Positions 16,352 to 23,654 of a DNA stretch of 45,081 nucleotides are shown in pieces. Numbering within the stretch: position 1 is the first letter of the stretch; each line of letters opens with the position of its first letter. The notes under the pieces are model-generated. The model was not told the origin of the DNA. It searched no databases and saw only the letters and a list, made by a program, of their open reading frames with translations. Made by a program: the position numbers and the translations under genes. Origin of the DNA: a virus (taxonomy: Duplodnaviria; Caudoviricetes); the IMG/VR virus record IMGVR_UViG_3300036833_000162, positions 1 to 45,081 of that record; one strand, 5' to 3'.

Positions 16352-17294
16352 GGTCATCATGCCGCGCATCCGCACTGTCAAGCCGCGCCTGTTCCAGCAC
16401 AGCGGGCTATTCGACGCCGAACATGAGACGGGCCTGCCGCTACGGCTCGCCTATATCGGCCTGTTCACCTGTTGCGACCGCGAAGGCCGTTTCAAGTGGG
16501 ATGAACGCGAACTGAAACTTCACGTCTTGCCGTGGGATGAAATCGATTTTTCACGCGTGCTCGACGCGTTAGTCACGCGTGGTTTTGTTGTGCGTTACGC
16601 GTGCGAATCGGGCGAAGAATACGGTGCAATACCGACGTTTACGCATCACCAGGTCATCAACAACCGTGAAACCGCTTCGGAAATTCCGCCGCCGCCTGAA
16701 AGCCTTGTCCCGCATGGTTTAGCGACGCGTGAACCACGCGTGGACGACGCGAGGGGCACGCGGACACAGGGGAAGGGAAGGGAAGGGAAGGGAAAGGAAG
16801 GGAAAGGAAAGGAAGTAAACCGTCGCCTCGGCGGCGACGGTTTTTCGCGCGCGCGCGAGCAAAACACGGCAACGCACGTGCCGGACCGTGCATCGCTCGC
16901 CGCCGCCGAGATCGCGATCGCGCTTCGGACATGGGAACGCGAACGCGGCAAGGCCGCTCGCGGCGTCATGGCGAGCCATCCGCATGTGATCGAACTCGCG
17001 GAGCTGCACGTGAGCGACGCCGAACTGCGCCGCGCGTATGACGCAGCGGTGGCTGACCGCGATGCCACCGGCGACGCCACGCCGGTCAATGCGGGCTTTG
17101 TGCGCGTGTTCGTCGACAAGCACCGCCACCCGCCGAAGCCACGCGAGGACAACGGCTGGCGTCGTACGCCCTCGGGCATCGAGCGCAAGGCAAGCGAACT
17201 CGGCATCGTGTGTCCGCCCGGTCGCGATCACACGTGGCTCGCGGAAAAATGCGAGAGCGTGATGCGCCAGCACGACACCGGCAGGGCGGCGTGA
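16344..17294 (+). CDS. Phage replication initiator protein
   Basis: MPRIRTVKP..F, L.YIGL....DREGRF and F..HQ.IN motifs; GKGREGKG linker; internal iteron-like repeats. Confidence 0.8.
   Translation: MSEVIMPRIRTVKPRLFQHSGLFDAEHETGLPLRLAYIGLFTCCDREGRFKWDERELKLHVLPWDEIDFSRVLDALVTRGFVVRYACESGEEYGAIPTFTHHQVINNRETASEIPPPPESLVPHGLATREPRVDDARGTRTQGKGREGKGKEGKGKEVNRRLGGDGFSRAREQNTATHVPDRASLAAAEIAIALRTWERERGKAARGVMASHPHVIELAELHVSDAELRRAYDAAVADRDATGDATPVNAGFVRVFVDKHRHPPKPREDNGWRRTPSGIERKASELGIVCPPGRDHTWLAEKCESVMRQHDTGRAA
16553..16815. repeat. Putative replication origin: phased ACGCGT repeats and a polypurine tract
   Basis: ACGCGT at 16553, 16564, 16575, 16597, 16725 and 16736, variants at 16747 and 16758; (GGGAA)n tract 16769..16815. 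Confidence 0.6.
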
Positions 17295-17845
17295 TGAACG
17301 CGATGAACGACCACCCGGGACAGCCGTGGGGCATGTGTGCGGCCTTTGGATGCCCGCTGCTGGGCACCGTGGGCAGCGAGGGCCAGTGGTACTGCTGCTG
17401 CCACGTGCACAGGCCGACAGCGCTGAACAGCGCCATCACGGCAAGGCTGCGCGGATACCTCGCACCGGTGGTCGAAACCACACTCGACATCCGCCGCTGC
17501 GGTGCATCGTTGCACGAATCGGCCGAGCTGTACCGCGTGATCCAGAGACGGCTCATCGCGGCAGGACGGCGTGACCTGCTGCTCGGTTTCAACGGTGCCG
17601 ACTGCTCGCCGCATCGTCCTGGCAAACCGATTGTGAAACAATGGCTCGCGCGCCTTGAGGGCGTCCTGATCGCTGCGTGTGCGGCAACTGGTTCGTCAGG
17701 GCGTGTGAGCGCCACGGTGCCGACCGAACCGCTCGATGGCCCTGCACACGCAGCGGAATTTGTCGCGGCTGCGATGCAGGCGATCGGCAGAAACCCGGGC
17801 GTTCGCGGTCGCGAAGTGCGCGAACCGGGCAGCGACGACGAGTGA
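17291..17845 (+). CDS. Hypothetical protein with an N-terminal Cys cluster
   Basis: CAAFGCP...WYCCCH; GTGA overlap with the initiator stop. Confidence 0.65.
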   Translation: MMNAMNDHPGQPWGMCAAFGCPLLGTVGSEGQWYCCCHVHRPTALNSAITARLRGYLAPVVETTLDIRRCGASLHESAELYRVIQRRLIAAGRRDLLLGFNGADCSPHRPGKPIVKQWLARLEGVLIAACAATGSSGRVSATVPTEPLDGPAHAAEFVAAAMQAIGRNPGVRGREVREPGSDDE

Positions 17846-17856
17846 GGGCCAGCGCC

Positions 17857-18357
17857 ATGCGAATCGAGTTCACCATCCTCGGCGAGCCAGCCTCGAAGGC
17901 GAATTCGCGCGAGATCGTGGCGCGCAGGATGCGCAGCAAGGCAACCGGCGAAATGCAGACGCGCCCCATGTCGATCAAGAGCGACAAGGCACGCGACTAC
18001 GAGGCCAATGCGCTGAAGCAGATCCCGCCGAAGGCGCGGGTGCGGCTCGAGGGTCCGGTGCGGGTTTGCATCCGCATCTGGTACGCCACCGAGCGGCCCG
18101 ACCTCGACGAGAGCGTGATCCTCGATTGCCTGCAGGATCGCTGGGTCACAAAAAAAACAAAACACGGCGACGTGCGCGAGCTGGCGCAGCGTGGCGTGAT
18201 TCTCAATGATCGTCAGGTGCGGCAGAAGTTTATTTTTCACGGCATTGACCGCGCGAACCCGCGCGCCGAGGTCATTGTCGAACCGTTGCAGGCGCAACAG
18301 ATCGCGCTTGCCCTTGATAACCCCGAGTACGACCCATTCGAAGAAATGAACGCATGA
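17857..18357 (+). CDS. rusA: RusA-like Holliday junction resolvase
   Basis: F.I.GEPASKANSR, RPDLD, GVI.NDRQV and D..NPRAEV.V motifs. Confidence 0.8.
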   Translation: MRIEFTILGEPASKANSREIVARRMRSKATGEMQTRPMSIKSDKARDYEANALKQIPPKARVRLEGPVRVCIRIWYATERPDLDESVILDCLQDRWVTKKTKHGDVRELAQRGVILNDRQVRQKFIFHGIDRANPRAEVIVEPLQAQQIALALDNPEYDPFEEMNA

Positions 18358-18593
18358 ACCCGCATATCACGATCACAAATGCACTGGCGATGCGCGCCCA
18401 TCTCGCGCACGAAAACGAACGTATGCGTGAAGCGCTGCGCACCATCGCCCAGCTCGCGGAAAAAAGCACCAGCGCGCTGGTCATGTCCGACATTGCGCGT
18501 ATTGCCCGCGCTGCGCTCATCACCGCGCCGCGCGAAAACACGACGCTTCGCCATCCTGAGAATAACGGCGCCAATCATGCCGATCAGACCTGA
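18354..18593 (+). CDS. Hypothetical protein
   Basis: Coupled ORF with a short coiled coil (ENERMREAL). Confidence 0.55.
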   Translation: MNPHITITNALAMRAHLAHENERMREALRTIAQLAEKSTSALVMSDIARIARAALITAPRENTTLRHPENNGANHADQT

Positions 18594-18927
18594 AAATCGC
18601 GCGCTTTATCCGGCTGACTGGTCGACGGTTATCCGGCCCGCGATCCTCGTGCGCGCGGGCAACTGCTGCGAGGGTTCACCGCGCTATCCCGACTGTCGCG
18701 CGCGTAATGGCGAGCCGCATCCGGTTACGCGCTCGACGGTCGTGCTCACGGTCGCACATCTCGACCACAAGCCAGCGCATTGCGCGCCTGAGAACCTGCG
18801 CGCGTGGTGCCAAAGGTGTCATCTCACCTACGACGCGCAACACCATGCACAGACCGCTGCGCTGACGCGTCGCGCGCGCGCTCTACGTGTGCAGCCAGAA
18901 TTCGATTTCGACGGACCGCCAGCATGA
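18577..18927 (+). CDS. HNH endonuclease-like protein
   Basis: MPIRPEN..LYP.DW; VLTVAHLDH.P..C...NLRAWCQRCH. Confidence 0.8.
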   Translation: MPIRPENRALYPADWSTVIRPAILVRAGNCCEGSPRYPDCRARNGEPHPVTRSTVVLTVAHLDHKPAHCAPENLRAWCQRCHLTYDAQHHAQTAALTRRARALRVQPEFDFDGPPA

Positions 18928-19037
18928 CCTTGCGCTCGATATTCGCCACCGCAGCGTGGCTCACCTTCGCGGTGATTGCCGTTATCTTCGCCACACTCGA
19001 CGTGCTCGCGTGGTGTGACGGTGCCACCCTGTTCTGA
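18924..19037 (+). CDS. Small membrane protein (37 aa)
   Basis: One hydrophobic helix; ATGA overlap. Confidence 0.45.
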   Translation: MTLRSIFATAAWLTFAVIAVIFATLDVLAWCDGATLF

Positions 19038-19051
19038 ACCGGAGACCACTC

Positions 19052-19255
19052 ATGAAAATCCGCGTAACCGTAGTCGAAGCCGGCGGCAAAGCGCTGCGCG
19101 TCGCGCAGTACGATCGCAGCGTCAAGGGTGCCATCGCCGGCCAGCCGGTTGTCGTCGATATCGACGAAAGCAATCCGCTTGACGTCGTGGTCGACGGCAA
19201 GCATGACGTGATGCTGACGCCAATAGCGGTGCCGCATTTTCGCCGGCCGGTCTGA
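19052..19255 (+). CDS. Hypothetical protein
   Basis: GGAG RBS; beta-rich 67-aa ORF. Confidence 0.6.
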   Translation: MKIRVTVVEAGGKALRVAQYDRSVKGAIAGQPVVVDIDESNPLDVVVDGKHDVMLTPIAVPHFRRPV

Positions 19256-19275
19256 AACCCGTGGAGACATACGCC

Positions 19276-19503
19276 ATGACATTGACCTCTCAGGAAAGGA
19301 AAAATCTTGACCTGTGCGAGCTGTTACGCCGCTATGAAACCGAAGCCGTTGACGAGGCATTCGAGACTGTCGCGGCTGTCCTGGAAACTCATGGCGTCGT
19401 GCCGGCGATGGATGATCGTGCGGCTGCGCTGAAGGCAGCACTCGTGCGTTACGTATTCGAGTCGCGTGAAACCGGTCGCCCAATGAGCGAGGTCTGGCGA
19501 TGA
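19276..19503 (+). CDS. Hypothetical protein
   Basis: GGAG RBS; coupled to the next gene. Confidence 0.6.
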   Translation: MTLTSQERKNLDLCELLRRYETEAVDEAFETVAAVLETHGVVPAMDDRAAALKAALVRYVFESRETGRPMSEVWR

Positions 19504-19778
19504 GCCACCGCTGCCCGTGGCCAGGGTGTACCGAAGAGGTCAGCTCGACGCGCTGGGGCTGTCGCGCGCACTGGTACGCGCTGCCGAACAATCTGCGCGC
19601 ATGGATCGGCCGCGCGTATCGCATCGGCGTGATCAACGGCACCCATCCGACCCCGAGCTGGAAACGCGCGCATGAAACAGCGTTGGCATACGCCGCGGAT
19701 CAGTCAAAACGTGTTGGCAATACGGGGTGCGAACTAGCCGTTGGCAATAGCGAAAATGCAAATATTTTTGACAAGTGA
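19500..19778 (+). CDS. Small zinc-finger-like phage protein
   Basis: HRCPWPGC...WGCRAHW..LP. Confidence 0.7.
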   Translation: MSHRCPWPGCTEEVSSTRWGCRAHWYALPNNLRAWIGRAYRIGVINGTHPTPSWKRAHETALAYAADQSKRVGNTGCELAVGNSENANIFDK

Positions 19779-19795
19779 CAAATTGTGGCTATTCT
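19768..19795 (+). promoter_or_regulatory. Sigma70 promoter (pR'-like late promoter candidate)
   Basis: TTGACA-N16-TATTCT in an AT-rich patch. Confidence 0.7.
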
Positions 19796-19836
19796 AGGGT
19801 ATTAACGAGGACGGTGTTAATCCCCCTCGCCCCCGG

Positions 19837-19860
19837 AAGCCCGCTTTTGCGGGCTTTTTT
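19837..19860 (+). terminator. Rho-independent terminator just downstream of the promoter
   Basis: aagcccgc-tttt-gcgggc followed by T6. Confidence 0.8.
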
Positions 19861-19861
19861 C

Positions 19862-20521
19862 ATGTCTGAACCCTTCCCGGAAAAGCTCACCATGCGCGAC
19901 TGTTACGCAGCCTCGGGCGCAGCCCTGCGCGACGCACTGCGCCACTGCGTCGAGCGCGGCGGCGTGTCCTCGCTGGCCGTGCTTCACCAGGGCGTGCCGT
20001 CGATCGCGACGCTTGCCGGCGACGCCGCCACCGTGCAGGCTGCGCGGATCCGCCGCCAGCTCGAGCGCCTCCCGGTCGTGCCGCGCTCGCTGCTGATCGT
20101 CGCCTACGCGCCACGCGATCTCGACTGCAGCTGTCGTGCGCCATGCTGCTCGGGGCGTTATCCGAACACCGAGTGGCGCGAGGCGCTCGACGTCGTGCTG
20201 CTGCACACCGCGCCGCTGCTCGCGGGCCACGCGCCCAACATCCGGCTGCGCACGGCGCTGGTCGCGAACCTGCTCACCCACACGCGGGAAACAGCGGTCA
20301 GCCTCGCGGCGCGCTGCGGCGTACATCGCAAAACCCTCGCCGAGCACGAGGCGATCCTCGAGACGTCGCTGCTCGGTACGCGTCACAAGGCCGGCGAGCT
20401 GGATCTCGCATTTGCGCGCATTGACGTGCTGCTGCGTGGTGCGGGCATCGTCGGCGCGCGCGATGAAATACCCGCCGTGCAGCCGCACACGCAGGAACAC
20501 GCACAGGCACAGGCGGCCTGA
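19862..20521 (+). CDS. Putative late-gene regulator (Q-like), with a zinc site and a C-terminal HTH
   Basis: CSCRAPCCSG; SLAARCGVHRKTL HTH; sits immediately before the late genes. Confidence 0.5.
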   Translation: MSEPFPEKLTMRDCYAASGAALRDALRHCVERGGVSSLAVLHQGVPSIATLAGDAATVQAARIRRQLERLPVVPRSLLIVAYAPRDLDCSCRAPCCSGRYPNTEWREALDVVLLHTAPLLAGHAPNIRLRTALVANLLTHTRETAVSLAARCGVHRKTLAEHEAILETSLLGTRHKAGELDLAFARIDVLLRGAGIVGARDEIPAVQPHTQEHAQAQAA

Positions 20522-20529
20522 AAAACACC

Positions 20530-21843
20530 ATGGCCCACGGCACCTTCACGGCTGAAGAGATCGAGCGCTGGCCGCTGGCGCGCCTCGTCGAGGCCGAACG
20601 CAATCCGCGCACGCACAGCGCGGAACAGATCGACCAGATCGCCGCCTCGATGCGCGAGTTCGGCTGGACCATTCCGGTGCTGGTCGACGAAGGCGGTGTG
20701 CTGATCGCGGGCCACGGCCGGCTGCGTGCCGCGCAGCAGCTCGGCCTCACCGATGCCCCGGTGATCATCGCGCGGGGCTGGACCGAGGCGCAGAAGCGCG
20801 CCTATCGCATCGCCGACAACAAGCTCGCCGAGAACGCCGGTTGGGATGACGCGCTGCTCGCCGCCGAGCTGGGCGAACTGCGCGACATGGACTTCGATCT
20901 TGCGCTGACCGGTTTCAGCATGGACGAGCTGGACAGCCTGTTCGCGCTGGATGCGCCGGCCGGCATGACCGATGAAAACGAGGTGCCGGCGCTGCCGGCG
21001 CAGCCGGTGTCGGCCGCCGGCGACGTGTGGCAGCTCGGTGCGCACCGGCTCGTGTGTGGCGACGCCACCGACGCACAGGTGGTGGCCGCAGCGCTGGCCG
21101 GCGTGACGCCGCACCTGATGGTCACGGACCCGCCCTATGGCGTCGAGTACGACGCGAAGTGGCGCGACGAGTATGACGGAACCTTTGGGAAGCCGGGCAC
21201 GCGACCGAAGATGGGCAAGATGGTGCGCCACGCGCTTGGCAAGGTTCAGAACGACGACCGCGCCGACTGGCGCGAGGCATGGGCGCTGTTTCCCGGCGAT
21301 ATCGCCTACGTCTGGCATGGCGGCCTGCACGCCGCGATCGTGCAGGCGAGCCTCGAGGCCTCGGGCTTCGCGGTGCGCGCACAGATCATCTGGGCCAAAC
21401 AGCACTTCGTGTTCTCACGCGGCGACTATCACTGGATGCATGAGCCGTGCTGGTATGCGGTACGCACCGGCAGGACCGGACACTGGGCGGGCGACCGCAC
21501 GCAGACCACCGTGTGGGACATTCCGAATCACAACCCGATGGGCGGGACTACTGACGATGTCACCAGCGGCCACGGCACGCAGAAACCTGTCGAGTGCATG
21601 AAGCGGCCGATCGAGAACAATTCATCGCGCGGACAGACGGTCTACGATCCGTTCGTCGGATCCGGCACGACCATCATCGCCGCCGAGGTCACCGGCCGCG
21701 CCTGTCATGCGATCGAGCTGAACCCCGCGTATGTCGACGTTGCGGTGCTGCGCTGGCAGAACTTCACCGGCGGCCAGGCCACGCTCGAAGCCGATGGCAG
21801 CAGCTTCGAAGCCGTGCGTGCAGCGCGCCTGATGGCGGCCTGA
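20530..21843 (+). CDS. ParB-N domain fused to a beta-class N6A/N4C DNA methyltransferase
   Basis: NPRTHS..QI..IA.S..EFGW..P, IAGHGR; TDPPY; H.TQKP; YDPFVGSGTT. Confidence 0.9.
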   Translation: MAHGTFTAEEIERWPLARLVEAERNPRTHSAEQIDQIAASMREFGWTIPVLVDEGGVLIAGHGRLRAAQQLGLTDAPVIIARGWTEAQKRAYRIADNKLAENAGWDDALLAAELGELRDMDFDLALTGFSMDELDSLFALDAPAGMTDENEVPALPAQPVSAAGDVWQLGAHRLVCGDATDAQVVAAALAGVTPHLMVTDPPYGVEYDAKWRDEYDGTFGKPGTRPKMGKMVRHALGKVQNDDRADWREAWALFPGDIAYVWHGGLHAAIVQASLEASGFAVRAQIIWAKQHFVFSRGDYHWMHEPCWYAVRTGRTGHWAGDRTQTTVWDIPNHNPMGGTTDDVTSGHGTQKPVECMKRPIENNSSRGQTVYDPFVGSGTTIIAAEVTGRACHAIELNPAYVDVAVLRWQNFTGGQATLEADGSSFEAVRAARLMAA

Positions 21844-21855
21844 AGAAAGCACGCG

Positions 21856-22542
21856 ATGTTCGATATCTCAGTACGGGGCAACCTCACCGCGGCGTCGCGC
21901 GAGCTGTCGACGCTCGCCTATAAGCAGCTTCCCTTTGCGACTGCGCGCACGGTGACCGAGCTGGCGAAGCTCGCCGCTGATGCGGAAAAGAAGGCGATGC
22001 CGCAGGTCTTTGATGACCCGACGCCGTTCACTGTGAATTCGGTCGCGGTGCAGTCCGCGAAGAAAAGCTACCCGGTCGCGCGGGTCTATATCCGCGATAT
22101 CGCCGCGCGCTACCTCTCGCCCTATGAGTTCGGCGGCATGCAATTCCTCGGCAAAAAGCCCGCTGATCTCGTCCCGGTCAACGCAGCTGCGAACCAGTAC
22201 GGCAACCTGCCGCGCAGCGCGATCCGCCGCTATCTGGCGCGCTCTGACGTGTTCATGGGCAGCGTCAAGACCTCGCGCGGCGAAGTGTACGGCGTGTGGC
22301 AGCGCCCGACCGTGAAGCCCGCGAAGGGCGCAATGAAGGGCGTCGCGAAAGGACGCGGCGGCGCACGAAGCGGCAAGCTCGCCAATACCTCGGGGCGCAT
22401 GAAGCTGCTGGTGTCGTTTCATCCGCCGGTCGAGACGACCACGCGCCTCGAGTTCGGTGAACGCGCGCTCGCTGTGGTGTCCTCAAGTTTCGACCGCGTG
22501 TTCGATGCACAGCTGAAGGCGGCGCTCGCCTCGGCCAGATGA
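21856..22542 (+). CDS. Conserved phage protein (putative tail-completion/morphogenesis)
   Basis: KQLPFATA, FD.PTPFT.NS and NQYGNLP motifs; typical position before lambda-type terminases. Confidence 0.65.
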   Translation: MFDISVRGNLTAASRELSTLAYKQLPFATARTVTELAKLAADAEKKAMPQVFDDPTPFTVNSVAVQSAKKSYPVARVYIRDIAARYLSPYEFGGMQFLGKKPADLVPVNAAANQYGNLPRSAIRRYLARSDVFMGSVKTSRGEVYGVWQRPTVKPAKGAMKGVAKGRGGARSGKLANTSGRMKLLVSFHPPVETTTRLEFGERALAVVSSSFDRVFDAQLKAALASAR

Positions 22543-22560
22543 CCAAGTGAAGGAGCCACC

Positions 22561-22713
22561 ATGGTGACCGTTTCCCTGATCCTGCTGATCGTCGCGCTCG
22601 TGCTGTTCGTGCTGGCCGCCATTGCGGTGCCGGTGCCGCGCGTGAACCTCGTCGCCGCCGGCCTCGCCTGCTGGCTGCTCGCCCAGCTTGTCGGTCATAT
22701 CGGTACGACGTGA
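22561..22713 (+). CDS. Small two-TM membrane protein (holin candidate)
   Basis: MVTVSLILLIVALVLFVLAAIAVPVPRVNLVAAGLACWLLAQLVG; AAGGAG RBS. Confidence 0.6.
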   Translation: MVTVSLILLIVALVLFVLAAIAVPVPRVNLVAAGLACWLLAQLVGHIGTT

Positions 22714-22716
22714 GTC

Positions 22717-23106
22717 ATGCGCAACCAGTGTCCTGCGTGCGGTGAATGCTTTAACAGCATCGCCGCCTTTGACCGTCACCGCACCGGACGTTTTGGCGTC
22801 GCGCGTCGCTGTCTGACGCCTGACGAGATGCGCGCCCAGGGCATGGCACTCAGTGCGCGCGGCTTCTGGATCACCCGGCGCGACGTGCGGCGTCACAACG
22901 GGCCGGCGAACCTGAAGGCGGCGGTGGTAGCACCCCGCTCGCGCGGGCCGCTTGCAGCCCCCGGCGTGCCCGTTGCCGGGGCCTTCCTGCCCTCCGGGAC
23001 GGCCGGGTCCCCCCTGCAAAACCGAAAGGTACTTCCGGCCCCTTTTGAGAAACACGGGAATTGCGCGCCGCGAGCTTTTCCCAGCTCTGACCCCCAAATC
23101 CTCTAA
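22717..23106 (+). CDS. FDxHR-type zinc-binding phage protein
   Basis: CPACGECF....AFDRHR.G......RCL.P.EM; the C-terminal half may be non-conserved run-on across the packaging region. Confidence 0.65.
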   Translation: MRNQCPACGECFNSIAAFDRHRTGRFGVARRCLTPDEMRAQGMALSARGFWITRRDVRRHNGPANLKAAVVAPRSRGPLAAPGVPVAGAFLPSGTAGSPLQNRKVLPAPFEKHGNCAPRAFPSSDPQIL

Positions 23107-23108
23107 CC

Positions 23109-23654
23109 GTGAATGAAAGTATTTCAATCCGCGAATTCGCGCGGCGTGAACAGGTTTCGCACACGCTCGTGGTGCAGGCGATCACCGCAGGCAAACTCAC
23201 GAAGCGCGCCGATGGCGGAATGGACCCGGCGCTGGTCGGCAGCGGCTGGCGCAGGCCGATCCGCGAGTTCCGCGAGGAGGCAGCAGAAGCCCGTGGAAAG
23301 GCCAGCGCTTTACAGTCCGAACCCCTGCAGGGCGGCACCACGGTCAAGGGTGTCGCCTACGGCGAGGCGCTGCGCCTGAAGGAAAACTGGCTCGCACTGC
23401 TGCGCCGACTCGAGTACGAACACAAGTCCGGCTCGCTGGTCGAGCTGTCGGTCGCGCAGAACGTGGTGTTTGAACTGACGCGGCTGCAGCGCGACGCGTG
23501 GCTTGCGTGGCCCGCGAAGGTGGCCCCCTTCATTGCGATGGAGCTGGGCGTAACCGATCTTGAACGGCTGACCGCCGTGCTCGAAACCCATGTCCATGAC
23601 CAGCTTGCCGACCTCGGAGAACCCGAGACCCGTTTCGAAGCAGACGCAGCGTAA
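23109..23654 (+). CDS. Terminase small subunit (Nu1-like)
   Basis: N-terminal HTH SIREFARR..VS; ALL.RLEYE...G.LV; RDAWL.WP; precedes the large subunit. Confidence 0.85.
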   Translation: MNESISIREFARREQVSHTLVVQAITAGKLTKRADGGMDPALVGSGWRRPIREFREEAAEARGKASALQSEPLQGGTTVKGVAYGEALRLKENWLALLRRLEYEHKSGSLVELSVAQNVVFELTRLQRDAWLAWPAKVAPFIAMELGVTDLERLTAVLETHVHDQLADLGEPETRFEADAA

